Shown here piece after piece: positions 24,050 to 33,169 of a stretch of DNA of 33,170 nt. Made by a program: the position numbers and the translations under genes. Source of the DNA: Candidatus Bathyarchaeota archaeon (GTDB lineage: Archaea; Thermoproteota; Bathyarchaeia; TCS64). The stretch is from the NCBI GenBank assembly GCA_041304265.1, contig JBFYNQ010000113.1, positions 1 to 33,170 of the forward strand, in the 5' to 3' direction. The stretch's first letter is position 1. Each line of letters starts with the position of its first letter. The notes below the pieces were generated by a model that was not told the DNA's origin, made no database searches, and was given only the letters and a program-made list of their open reading frames with translations.

Positions 24050-24573
24050 GCCTCGTCCAGCATCTCGAGAAGTTTGTTCAGCATTTTATAGGTGAGGCCC
24101 CAGACGATGTCATCGCCGAGTTTGAAGACCTCGCCCTCCCATCCCTTCACCTTCGCGGTGCATCTGCTTGCGCGGAGTTCCTTGAGGTGCACCCAGCGAT
24201 ACGAGGTCAGTTCCGGGTTGAGCTTGATCTCGGGACGCCCCTCGTAGAGATAGACTATTGGCAGCACGTCCTTGCCGGGGCGGAGCGAGGAAAACATCAC
24301 CGGCAACCCACCGATGTAGGTGAGCAGGTAGAGGTCTATCCCCGTCTCCTCGCGTACCTCCCTCATCACCGTGTCCCTGAGGGTGTTGTCGCCCTGAGCC
24401 TTCTTGCCGCCCGGGAACGCCATGTCACCTGACCAGGGATCACCCGACACCTCAGCGCGGCGTACGAGAAGAGTCTCGTAGTCGTCCCCATCCTCACGTA
24501 GAAGTATGGCGACGGTTGCCCATGCGTCCAGCGCCTCGACGCCTCGCAGCCTACGCTTCAACCTCTCGATCAA
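24046..24573 (-). CDS. Nudix hydrolase, CoA-pyrophosphatase-like
   Basis: Nudix box GGKKAQGDNTLRDTVMREVREETGI, preceded by LLVRRAEVSGDPWSGDMAFPGG, which resembles the CoA-ase upstream motif. Confidence 0.75.
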   Translation of the reverse strand: MIERLKRRLRGVEALDAWATVAILLREDGDDYETLLVRRAEVSGDPWSGDMAFPGGKKAQGDNTLRDTVMREVREETGIDLYLLTYIGGLPVMFSSLRPGKDVLPIVYLYEGRPEIKLNPELTSYRWVHLKELRASRCTAKVKGWEGEVFKLGDDIVWGLTYKMLNKLLEMLDEA

Positions 24574-24676
24574 CGAGGACCACTCCGATTGAAACCGTCA
24601 ACGCGGTTAAAATACTAATTGCTCAATCGTCCAATTCCGGATAGGTTTATTACGCCTCGGAGCTTGTGGCTCTCCT

Positions 24677-25534
24677 GTGTCAGCGACGACGGATGAGGAA
24701 CGGAAGGGCGAGGACTTCGTCAAGCGTGTAGAGGAGCTAAACCAGCTTAGGGCGCGCATGAGCAGGGTCAAGCACAAGATCGCAGTGATGAGTGGCAAGG
24801 GTGGCGTAGGCAAGAGCCTCGTCACAGTCAACCTTGCCGCGGCTCTTGCAGCAGGAGGCATGAGGGTTGGCGTCCTCGACGCTGACATCCACGGCCCAAC
24901 GGTGCCGAAGATGTTCGGCATGAAGGGGGCGAGGCTCGAGGCGAGCACCGGAGGCGGTATCATAGCGCCTATTTCGCCGGCGGGTATCAAGGTTGTATCA
25001 ATGGACTTCCTCCTCCCGACACAGGACTCACCCGTCATCTGGCGCGGCCCACTCAAGATGTCGGCTATACGCCAGCTGCTTTCCGACGTCGAGTGGGGTG
25101 ACCTTGACTATCTCCTTGTCGACCTCCCACCAGGGACCGGCGACGAGGCACTTACAGTGCTCCAACTGCTTCAAGACATCGACGGCGTCGTCATCGTGAC
25201 TATGCCAAACGAGGTGAGCGGGCAAGTCGTCGAGAAGTCTGTAAGCTTCGCAAGGCAGCTCAAGGCGCCGGTTATCGGCCTCATCGAGAACATGAGTTAC
25301 CTCATATGCCCCCACTGTGGTGACAGGATAGCCCTCTTCGGCAAAGGCGTAGGAGAGTCGATAGCCGTGAAGATGGGCGTGCCTTTCCTCGGAGCGATCC
25401 CCCTAGAGCCCGGCGTCGCTAAGGGATCAGACACCGGTAAGCCATTCGTCATGGAGAACCCTGACAGCTCCGCCGCCAAGGCGTTCAAGGTGATAGTTGC
25501 GGGCATAGAGAAGTTCGTCGGCTCAAAGCCGTGA
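24677..25534 (+). CDS. Mrp/NBP35 (ApbC) family Fe-S cluster carrier ATPase
   Basis: IAVMSGKGGVGKSLVTVNLAAALA deviant Walker A. CPHCG motif. GTG start about 29 nt downstream of a TTTATTA box. Alternative ATG at 24761. Confidence 0.88.
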   Translation: MSATTDEERKGEDFVKRVEELNQLRARMSRVKHKIAVMSGKGGVGKSLVTVNLAAALAAGGMRVGVLDADIHGPTVPKMFGMKGARLEASTGGGIIAPISPAGIKVVSMDFLLPTQDSPVIWRGPLKMSAIRQLLSDVEWGDLDYLLVDLPPGTGDEALTVLQLLQDIDGVVIVTMPNEVSGQVVEKSVSFARQLKAPVIGLIENMSYLICPHCGDRIALFGKGVGESIAVKMGVPFLGAIPLEPGVAKGSDTGKPFVMENPDSSAAKAFKVIVAGIEKFVGSKP

Positions 25535-26446
25535 CTTCTCGGCTAGGATCTTCGCGGGCTCAAGAACGTTTCCCGAGTAGTTAAGGGTGAAGGACTCGGG
25601 AAATGCGTTGTATAGCTCCGCCATGGCGCGGAAGCCAGTGCAGTGGCAGGGCGAGAGTATTCGCAGGTCATGTTTTCTCAGCCCCTCAATCGTCGCACTC
25701 CTGTACTTGGGCTTCCGACCGGTCAGATGGGTGCCGCCGATTAGCGCCTTCACCTTCTCACCGGTCAGCGACTCTACATAGCTGAGGATGTTTAGCGGGC
25801 CTGAGTGGGCACAGCCCGTGACAACTATCAGACCAACGCTCTTCTCTGTTAGGAACAGGGACTGGTCGTCGGGGATCGTGTCGGGTGCCTCCGAGCCCTC
25901 CCTGACGAGCCTCTCCTTGACTAGCTCCATAACGGTCTCGAAGCTGGCGCGAGGCACCTCCCCAGTCGCCCAGACGCCGGCGGCCACCTCAACAGGCGCC
26001 TGTGAGAGCACCACGATTCCACCCGCGGCCTCGATATCGGCGATGCCCTGCCCGTCAGGGACTGATATCCTGCGCCTCTCCCCCTTCTTGTCCACCCTGA
26101 AGACGGGCTGGAACGCCGAGGGATGGGCGTAGACCCTAACGCCCCCAGAAGCCCTGACCACGTCGACGGTGGCGGAGGTGTGATCCCAGTGACCATGGCT
26201 GAGGACGACGGCGTCGATGCCCCCGAGGTCGACCTTGAGGGCCTTCAGGTTCCTAAGGAGGCACTCCCTGTCGCTGCCCGTGTCGAGGAGGACGCGCCTC
26301 CGTGTATCCCGTGCCTTGTATTCTAAAAGTGTCGAGAAGCCCCAGTGAGCAACCGGGCCAGCGCTCTGGACGATATTGTCAAGGATTGTAGTGATCTTGA
26401 GGTCACTTAACTCGGAAGGGCTGATCATAGAATAGAAATTGTGCAT
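25523..26446 (-). CDS. MBL-fold metallo-hydrolase
   Basis: LSHGHWDH (HxHxDH) motif. The N-terminal ITTILDN is typical of an archaeal MBL subgroup. Lies 13 nt downstream of the aldolase gene. Confidence 0.8.
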   Translation of the reverse strand: MHNFYSMISPSELSDLKITTILDNIVQSAGPVAHWGFSTLLEYKARDTRRRVLLDTGSDRECLLRNLKALKVDLGGIDAVVLSHGHWDHTSATVDVVRASGGVRVYAHPSAFQPVFRVDKKGERRRISVPDGQGIADIEAAGGIVVLSQAPVEVAAGVWATGEVPRASFETVMELVKERLVREGSEAPDTIPDDQSLFLTEKSVGLIVVTGCAHSGPLNILSYVESLTGEKVKALIGGTHLTGRKPKYRSATIEGLRKHDLRILSPCHCTGFRAMAELYNAFPESFTLNYSGNVLEPAKILAEKSRL

Positions 26447-26459
26447 CGGGGATATAGGC

Positions 26460-27257
26460 TTAAACGGCCGGGGCCTCTCCGCCCTCCCCCGGCGTCCAAC
26501 CCTTAACGTAGCCGATGGTGGTCTTCACGGATCGGCTAAGGTAGCCGAGGTCGGTGTCGAGGGCGCAGAACCTGAAGCCCCTCTTTATCGCGTCGTTTAT
26601 GTCCGTAGCATCCTGCGTGACGAAGCAGTGCATCCCCGGCGCCACGCCGTGCTCCCTCCCCGCGTCCACTATCTTATCCAGCACCTCGATGAACTTGGGG
26701 TTCGTGTACTGCTTATGTATCCCCATATCGAGGCTGAGGTCGCTCGGCCCCACGAAGCATGCGTCCACACCCTCGACGCTGAATATCGCGTCGAGATTCT
26801 CCACCCCCTTGACCGACTCGATCATCGGGATTACGAGAATCTCATCGTTCGCCGTCTTGAAGTAATCAGGGTCGCGGAACGCCGCGAGGCGCGGACCCGC
26901 GCCTCTCTCCCCCTTCGGCGGGTACTTCATGAGGCGTACCGCTTCCTTCGCCATCTCCGCCGACTCGACGCGGGGCAGCACCAGACCCATGGCGCCAGCG
27001 TCGAGCACCTTCTTGCACCAGATGAGGTCGATCCAGGGAATGCGCGCCAAGGGCATGCACTTGCCGCGTGCATAGAGCATGCTCTGCACGAGGCTGTGGT
27101 AGGTCTCCGGGCCGTAGGCGCTGTGCTCCATGTCGCAGACGAGCCAGTCAAAGCCCATGTTCGCGAGGTACATCGTCATATCGGGGTGGCCGATCGACAC
27201 CCATGTTCCAATCGCCGGCTTGCCGGCCTTCAACTTCTGCTTTACGAGGTTCCTCAT
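26460..27257 (-). CDS. HpcH/HpaI-family aldolase
   Basis: LKAGKPAIGTWVSIGHPDMTMYLANMGFDWLVCDMEHS is the typical HpaI/HpcH N-terminal region. 265 aa. Confidence 0.85.
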   Translation of the reverse strand: MRNLVKQKLKAGKPAIGTWVSIGHPDMTMYLANMGFDWLVCDMEHSAYGPETYHSLVQSMLYARGKCMPLARIPWIDLIWCKKVLDAGAMGLVLPRVESAEMAKEAVRLMKYPPKGERGAGPRLAAFRDPDYFKTANDEILVIPMIESVKGVENLDAIFSVEGVDACFVGPSDLSLDMGIHKQYTNPKFIEVLDKIVDAGREHGVAPGMHCFVTQDATDINDAIKRGFRFCALDTDLGYLSRSVKTTIGYVKGWTPGEGGEAPAV

Positions 27258-27347
27258 GGCATAGAAGTGACGGTCTGTTCTTAATACAGTTGCCCGTGGG
27301 CGTCAATCCTAAATGATGAACGCCCACCTTTACTTCGAGGGACAGGT

Positions 27348-28661
27348 TTGAGTTTCAGCGGGGAGAAAGCCTTCGAGTATATGAAAAAACTCGCAGTAGA
27401 TATCGGGCCACGGCCAAGCGGCACAGAAACGGAGAGGAAAGCCGCGGAGTGGATAATGTCAGAGTTCGAGAGGCTCGGCTACGACGCGAGAATAGAGGAG
27501 TTCGACGCCTTCACGGGGATAATTAAGGCTCAGAAGCTGGAGGTTTTAAAACCCTACAAAGCAGAGGTCGCCTGCGAAGTCATGCCCCTCTCGGGAGGCA
27601 CCGGCGCGAAAGGGGTGACCGGAGAACTGCTCTACCTCGACACATACGACGAGGAGTACATCACCCCCGAGGTGAAGGGCAAGATCATAATCACTGGCGG
27701 AGCCCCCGCCAACAGGGACCGCGCCTTCGCCCAGCTCAAGAAATACAAACCAGCGGGCATCATAATCATCGAGTCCACCCCCAAGGCGATGGCGAAGAAC
27801 CTATGGGGCAGCCCAACCTTCCGCAAGAAGTACGTCGATATACCTATGGTCAGGGTCGCCTTCGAAGATGGCATCAACCTCGTAAAGTCAGGCGCCAAGA
27901 CGATGCGCCTCGTCGCCATCACCGAGGAGAAGACGATCAAGACCCAGAACGTCGTCGCCGAATTAAAGGGCACGACTCGCCGAGAGGAGATCATAGTAGT
28001 CTGCGGACACTACGACACAGTCCTGGAGGTCCCCGGCGCCGGCGACAACGCGGGAGGCACCGCCATCACCCTCGAACTCGCACGCGTCTTCAAGAAGAAG
28101 GGCACGAAGAGAACGATGCGCTTCATCGCCTGGGGATGCGAGGAGCTCGGACTGCTCGGAAGTAGGGAGTACGCGAGGAGGCTCAGGACGGAGAGCGAGG
28201 CGGAGAAGAAGGCAGACAAGAACGCCGTCACCGAGCTCGACAACACCGTCCTCTGCCTCAACCTCGATGTCCACGGCGGCATGATAGGCACGAACGTCGC
28301 CAAGATACTCGGCCCACCCGAGCTAACTGCATCCGTGAAGCTGCTCAGCAAGGAGAAAGGCACGGTCTTCGCCGTTTCAGAGGGCGTTTACTCATCCGAC
28401 GGCACGCCTTTCTCCGCAGTCGGGGTACCCAGCCTATCACTCAGTAGGGAGACGCCCACAAACCTCCTCATGCACAGCAGAGAAGACGTGGAGAAGTGGC
28501 TCTGCCCCGAGGCACTGGAGGCACACGGCCTCTTCGCCGAGGAGTTCCTCATCCGTTATGCTGCCGAGGCCGCTGCGTGGCCCTTCGAAAAGACGATACC
28601 CGAGAAGCAGAAGAAAGAGATCGAGGACTATTTCAAGAAAGCGGGGAGAAAACTCCCCTAA
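27348..28661 (+). CDS. M28-family aminopeptidase with PA domain
   Basis: CGHYDTV...GAGDNAGGTAITLELARVF...RFIAWGCEELGLLGSREY are M28 zinc-ligand motifs. The TTG start keeps the conserved N-terminal AFEYMKKLA..IGPRPSGT. Confidence 0.85.
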   Translation: MSFSGEKAFEYMKKLAVDIGPRPSGTETERKAAEWIMSEFERLGYDARIEEFDAFTGIIKAQKLEVLKPYKAEVACEVMPLSGGTGAKGVTGELLYLDTYDEEYITPEVKGKIIITGGAPANRDRAFAQLKKYKPAGIIIIESTPKAMAKNLWGSPTFRKKYVDIPMVRVAFEDGINLVKSGAKTMRLVAITEEKTIKTQNVVAELKGTTRREEIIVVCGHYDTVLEVPGAGDNAGGTAITLELARVFKKKGTKRTMRFIAWGCEELGLLGSREYARRLRTESEAEKKADKNAVTELDNTVLCLNLDVHGGMIGTNVAKILGPPELTASVKLLSKEKGTVFAVSEGVYSSDGTPFSAVGVPSLSLSRETPTNLLMHSREDVEKWLCPEALEAHGLFAEEFLIRYAAEAAAWPFEKTIPEKQKKEIEDYFKKAGRKLP

Positions 28662-30463
28662 TCCTCTTCCTCGGGGTTCTCCTCAATCCAGCTGAACTTC
28701 TTCTGCAGCGTCGAGGGATAGTAACTGCGCCAGTCGTAGCCGACCCTGCGCCCCCAGTTGAGGTAGATGCGGGGGTCGACGTAGTTCTTCAGGCTTGTTC
28801 CGAGGTTATAGTCGCGTGTTATCTCCTGCGCTTCGACCTGCAGCCTCATTCGCTCGACTGTCTCTCTGTCGCGCTTCCGCTTCTCCTCTAGTTGCTTCTT
28901 CAGCTTGAGAGAGGCAGTCACGTAGTTATTTTTGAGTTTGCGGACGCGTTCGCGAGCCGCCTTCAAGGCTTTATGCGCTGTGTCAAGTCGCTTCTTCGGC
29001 GCTTTGAGTTCGGCTCCGGTCTTCTCGGCCTCGGCTAGTTTTGTCCTCTGAACCTCTTCTTTTTCCTCAACCATGACTAGTCTTTTCTCGGCTTCGACCA
29101 GTTTTGCGCGGTACTTTTTCTCCTCGTCAATGATCTTAGCGCGGAGTGCCTTCTCGTCGGCTGATACCTTGGCTTCGAGTTGCTTTAAGTGTGACTTCTT
29201 TTTTTCGAGGCTCTGCTGCCAGGTCTTGGGGATTGTGCGCTTGTGGTTGCAGATTATGGCGGCTTCAAGGTTGGCTCGGAGGGCGGCTTGGCGCTTAACG
29301 TAGTCGGGGTCCTCGGGTTTGACGATCTCTTTGGCGAGTCTGCCTCCGACGGCGTCTGTTGCGTATAAGGTCCTGAAGACCTTGGCGCTGAGCCCCTCCA
29401 TAATCTCTTTTAAGAAGTCGCCTACGTGGCCCGAGTTTATGCCCTCGAATAGGCTCTCCTTCCCCGCCCCGCTGGCGAAATCGCGGAGGTTGGTCACCAC
29501 CTTTGGGGGCAGGGGGGCTGTGATGTTCATCGGCACCGAGTCCTTGCCGAGGAAGTTGAAGGTGACCGAGCCATCCATGTTGAAGCAGACGTGCTCTGGG
29601 CGGAGGGTGCTTGCGCCCACCGTATCGGCCTCGTCCTCGTCGTCTTTCTCGTCTCCGACTCTGAACTTAAGGCGGTCGATAAGGTAGCAGACCGTCGCCG
29701 TCTTGCGCCGCTTGAGGTCGGCGGTGGTGAGGTTGCCCTCTATGTGCGCCTTGACCTCGTCGAGTTTCTCCTTGAGGGCGTGAGCCTTCTCATACTTCTC
29801 CATGTCCTTCCTCTGCTTGAGGAAGCTTGCGTCGCCGGGCCAGACGTACTTCTTCTTGCCGCTGAGCTTGTCTGTCCAGCGGGCGATCCACATAGTGCCC
29901 GGCTCCCAGACTATCGCCTTCCAGTTGCCCGGCGGGTGCAGGGCGTCTGGGCTGAGGTTGAGCTCTATGTCCTCATACTGGGGACCCCTCTTCCACCTGC
30001 CCCTCCAGGGGTGCTGGCCGCGGCCCATGAAGATGCTATTTGGCTCCACATTGTAGTTGCCGAGTTCCATCCGCTGCTCGTCGAGCGTGGCGTAACCGTA
30101 CTTCTCCTTGTTGGCGTCGCGCTGCGCCTTCCGCTCAGCTGCCTGCGCCTTCTTCACCTCGGGGGGGAGGTTTTGCTTCTCCTCGCGCTCGCGCTGCACG
30201 ACCCTGATTATGGCGGTAAAATCTACTTCGCCAGGTTTCAGTTCGAGGCCGAGCGCCTTGCCGAAATCCTCATGGAAGTTCTCGGCGAACTTGGGGTCGT
30301 CGACGTAGGGTGTGCCGACCTTCTTTGCCCAAGCGACTGCCATCTCCTCCTGCTCGTCGCTAAGGCTGACTGGCTGGCCCTTGATGTTGACTGTGAAGCC
30401 GCGCGACTTGTACTTGGGGGGGACGATGACGCCGTTGTGGTGGAGTGTGTTCACGCTATGCAC
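28658..30463 (-). CDS. eukaryote-type DNA topoisomerase IB
   Basis: All five catalytic-residue contexts are present: TLRPEHV, FLGKDSV, SAKVFRTLYAT, ICNHKRT, and LGTSLKNYVDPRI (active-site Tyr). A long coiled-coil linker lies between the core and the C-terminal domain. GTG at 30463 (or 30454) sits downstream of a TTTTTATA box at 30498-30505. The longer ORF to 30592 would overlap the neighbouring gene. Confidence 0.9.
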   Translation of the reverse strand: MHSVNTLHHNGVIVPPKYKSRGFTVNIKGQPVSLSDEQEEMAVAWAKKVGTPYVDDPKFAENFHEDFGKALGLELKPGEVDFTAIIRVVQREREEKQNLPPEVKKAQAAERKAQRDANKEKYGYATLDEQRMELGNYNVEPNSIFMGRGQHPWRGRWKRGPQYEDIELNLSPDALHPPGNWKAIVWEPGTMWIARWTDKLSGKKKYVWPGDASFLKQRKDMEKYEKAHALKEKLDEVKAHIEGNLTTADLKRRKTATVCYLIDRLKFRVGDEKDDEDEADTVGASTLRPEHVCFNMDGSVTFNFLGKDSVPMNITAPLPPKVVTNLRDFASGAGKESLFEGINSGHVGDFLKEIMEGLSAKVFRTLYATDAVGGRLAKEIVKPEDPDYVKRQAALRANLEAAIICNHKRTIPKTWQQSLEKKKSHLKQLEAKVSADEKALRAKIIDEEKKYRAKLVEAEKRLVMVEEKEEVQRTKLAEAEKTGAELKAPKKRLDTAHKALKAARERVRKLKNNYVTASLKLKKQLEEKRKRDRETVERMRLQVEAQEITRDYNLGTSLKNYVDPRIYLNWGRRVGYDWRSYYPSTLQKKFSWIEENPEEED

Positions 30464-30497
30464 CGGGGGGCTTTGATGAATACCGGGTGGCCCCTCT

Positions 30498-30505
30498 ATA
30501 AAAAT
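30498..30505 (-). promoter_or_regulatory. TATA-like box for the topoisomerase IB gene
   Basis: TTTTTATA on the minus strand, 39-48 nt upstream of the candidate GTG starts at 30463 and 30454. Confidence 0.4.
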
Positions 30506-30521
30506 TACCCAAAGACTGGGG

Positions 30522-31097
30522 TCATAAGGTGAGCGCCTTCTCCAGGTCGCCGACGCTAAGCATGGCGCTGAAGCGCTCCGCTGGCTTCCCACCCATGAAG
30601 ATGATCACAGTTGGGATGCCCATGACGTTGTACTCCTTCCACTTCTCCGTGTTTGTGACGTCTATCTCGTAGTAGTCGGCGCCTGTGTGCTTCTCGGCGA
30701 GCGCCTTGAACTGTGGCTTGATGACCCGGCAGGCTGGGCAGCCCTCGCTGCTAAATAGGAGGGCGACAGGCCTGCCCGCCCTGAGCACTTTTTCTTGGAA
30801 GTCGCCGTCGGTGATCGGGGTGATCGCCTTGGACTCTCCCCTACTGAAGAGGCCCCTGAGCTTCGAGAGTGGGCCCGGGTACTTTTTGTAGGCGACCTGG
30901 TAACCGACGTCCTCGATCGCCTTCTCGATGGCAGTGAGGGGCACGGTGTCCTCCATCGTGACCTTGATGGTCTTCTTGAGATAGTTACCCTGCGCTTTCG
31001 TGACGCCGGGGACCTTCATCACCGACTTCTCAAGCGTGACGACGCAGGTGGGGCAGTCCATGCGGGTGATACCGATCTCCTTTGTGACCTCGGGCAT
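30522..31097 (-). CDS. fusion protein: N-terminal heavy-metal-associated (HMA) domain plus C-terminal thioredoxin domain
   Basis: HMA motif MDCPTCVVTLEKSV. Thioredoxin-fold region VALLFSSEGCPACRVIKPQF...GIPTVIIF (CPAC active site and cis-Pro). Its ATG is 2 nt after the CopA stop. Confidence 0.8.
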   Translation of the reverse strand: MPEVTKEIGITRMDCPTCVVTLEKSVMKVPGVTKAQGNYLKKTIKVTMEDTVPLTAIEKAIEDVGYQVAYKKYPGPLSKLRGLFSRGESKAITPITDGDFQEKVLRAGRPVALLFSSEGCPACRVIKPQFKALAEKHTGADYYEIDVTNTEKWKEYNVMGIPTVIIFMGGKPAERFSAMLSVGDLEKALTL

Positions 31098-31099
31098 AG

Positions 31100-33169
31100 C
31101 TAGTCCCTCGGCCTCCACCTACGGAGCAGTAGGCTATTTGTGACCACTGTTATGCTGCTGAGGGCCATAGCGCCCGCGGCGAATATCGGGTTCATCTGTA
31201 TGCCCCAAGGAATAAGGACGCCCGCGGCGACGGGTATTAGCGCCGTGTTGTAGGCGAAGGCCCAGAACAGGTTCTGCACTATCTTACTGTATGTACGCTT
31301 GCTCAGCTCTATGGAGGTAGATACGTCCTCGAGGTTGTTCCTGATGAGGATTATGCCGGCGCTCTCGACTGCTACGTCGGTTCCACTGCCGAGGGCTATA
31401 CCCACGTCGGAGGCGGCGAGGGCGGGCGCGTCGTTGACGCCGTCGCCAACCATCGCGGTTACGAGTCCCTCCTTCTGAAGTTCCTTTATGACGCCGACCT
31501 TGTCCTCAGGGAGGACCTCAGCGCGGAACTCATTGATGCCTACCTGCTTCGCGATCGCTTCGGCTGTACGCTTGTTATCGCCCGTAATCATAACGACCTT
31601 GAGGCCCAAGTCCTTGAGCTTCTTCACCGCCTTAGGCGCGTTGTCCTTTACCTGGTCGGCGACGGCGATGATTCCCGTCACCTTCCCGTTCATCGACACG
31701 AATGCAAGCGTCTTGCCCTCGTCGTAGAGCCTCTCGGCCTTCGCCTTGATGTCCTCGGGGAACTCGGCCTTCGTCTCCTCCATGAGGCGACTCGTGCCGA
31801 CGACGTAGTGCCTCCTACCGATGTCGCCCTTGACGCCCCTGCCGGCGAGCGCCTCAAAGTTCTTGGGCTCATAGAACTTGAGCTTCTTCTCCTCAGCCAT
31901 CTTGACGACAGCCGCGGCGATCGGGTGCTCGCTCAGCTTCTCGAGGCTTGCGGCGTGGGAGAGGGCGTCGTCCTTGTCCTCCGCTACTATATCCGTGACA
32001 GCGATCTCGCCCTTGGTGAGGGTACCCGTCTTGTCGAAGGCGACGGCCTGAAGGCTACGCGCCTTCTCAAGGTATTCACCGTTTTTGATGAGTATACCGT
32101 TCTGTGCGCCGAGCCCCGCGCCGACGAGTATGGCTGTGGGCGTGGCTATCCCCATTGCGCATGGGCACGCGACTATGACGACAGCGACGAAGGCGGTGAA
32201 GGCGACACCAAAGCCAGCGCCTAAAACGTTGTTCCAGACGATGAACGTCGTCACTGCGATGATGAGTATGGCGGGGGTGAAGTATGCGGCGACGGTGTCG
32301 GCGAGGCGCTGTATCGGCGCCTTGCTGAGCTGCGCCTCCTCGACCATCTGGACGATCTGCTGGAGAGCCGTGTTCATCCCGATCTTGGTGACGTCCATCT
32401 TGAAGCTGCCCTCCCTGTTGATGGTGCCGCCGATAACCTCGTCACCCACCTTCTTGGAGACGGGGACGCTCTCGCCGGTGATCATGCTCTCGTCGATGCT
32501 GCTGGCGCCGTCAACGAGGATACCGTCGAGTGGGATGCGTTCTCCCGGCTTCACGCGGAGGATATCCATGGGCATGATCGTCTCGACGCCGACCTCCTCC
32601 TCCTTGCCGTCCTCCCTAACTATGCGCGCCATTGGGGGCTGCAGGTCGAGCAGCTTGCGAACAGCCTCGGATGCCCTGCCACGTGCAACCTCCTCGAGGT
32701 ACTTGCCGATGAGGATGAGACCGAGTATCATCGCGGCAGCGTCGAAGTACACATCCATGCTTGGCGCCCACTGGGGGTAGAGGACAACGAAGGCGCTGTA
32801 GCCGTAGGCGGTCGTTGTCCCGATGACGATGAGAGTGTCCATGTTTGCGGTCCTCGCCTTAAGCGCCCCCCAGGCGCCGCGGTAGTATCGCCACCCGGCG
32901 ATGAACTGGACGGGCGTACCCAGCAGGAGCCCCCAAATGTGGTGGCTGAAGAACGGCGGCTCCGGAAGGAACATCATGATCATCAGGACGAAGCCGAGGG
33001 TCAGGCTGAAGATGGCGAGGTTCCTTAGCTTCTTCAGCTCGACGTCGGGGTGCTGGAAGGTCAGCATGCAGCCCTCGCTGCAGAAATAGTAGGTCTTGCC
33101 GCCCTGCTCCACCTTGAAGGCGGCGTGCTCCTCATCAACGTGCATCCCGCAGACTGGGTCGCGTGCCAT
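31100..33169 (-). CDS. copA: copper-translocating P1B-type ATPase with N-terminal TRASH/YHS metal-binding domain
   Basis: CPC transmembrane motif (ACPCAMGIATP), DKTGTLT, SEHPIA and GDGVNDAPAL. N-terminal DPVCGMHVD...YYFCSEGC. The ATG lies at 33169, one base from the window edge. Confidence 0.92.
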   Translation of the reverse strand: MARDPVCGMHVDEEHAAFKVEQGGKTYYFCSEGCMLTFQHPDVELKKLRNLAIFSLTLGFVLMIMMFLPEPPFFSHHIWGLLLGTPVQFIAGWRYYRGAWGALKARTANMDTLIVIGTTTAYGYSAFVVLYPQWAPSMDVYFDAAAMILGLILIGKYLEEVARGRASEAVRKLLDLQPPMARIVREDGKEEEVGVETIMPMDILRVKPGERIPLDGILVDGASSIDESMITGESVPVSKKVGDEVIGGTINREGSFKMDVTKIGMNTALQQIVQMVEEAQLSKAPIQRLADTVAAYFTPAILIIAVTTFIVWNNVLGAGFGVAFTAFVAVVIVACPCAMGIATPTAILVGAGLGAQNGILIKNGEYLEKARSLQAVAFDKTGTLTKGEIAVTDIVAEDKDDALSHAASLEKLSEHPIAAAVVKMAEEKKLKFYEPKNFEALAGRGVKGDIGRRHYVVGTSRLMEETKAEFPEDIKAKAERLYDEGKTLAFVSMNGKVTGIIAVADQVKDNAPKAVKKLKDLGLKVVMITGDNKRTAEAIAKQVGINEFRAEVLPEDKVGVIKELQKEGLVTAMVGDGVNDAPALAASDVGIALGSGTDVAVESAGIILIRNNLEDVSTSIELSKRTYSKIVQNLFWAFAYNTALIPVAAGVLIPWGIQMNPIFAAGAMALSSITVVTNSLLLRRWRPRD

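Noticed and set aside
26439-27284. 281-aa plus-strand ORF
   Set aside because: It is antisense to the well-supported HpcH/HpaI aldolase gene. The translation is Arg/His/Val-rich with no motifs, a typical shadow ORF in GC-rich DNA.
29591-30532. 313-aa plus-strand ORF
   Set aside because: It is antisense to the topoisomerase IB gene. The composition is Leu/Val/Ala-rich and low-complexity, a shadow ORF.
30464-30592. N-terminal 43-aa extension of the TopIB ORF (MGSQRSASAPCLASATW...)
   Set aside because: It would overlap the 3-prime end of the HMA-thioredoxin gene by about 70 nt and would include the TTTTTATA promoter-like box. The sequence is non-homologous-looking Ser/Ala/Pro-rich.
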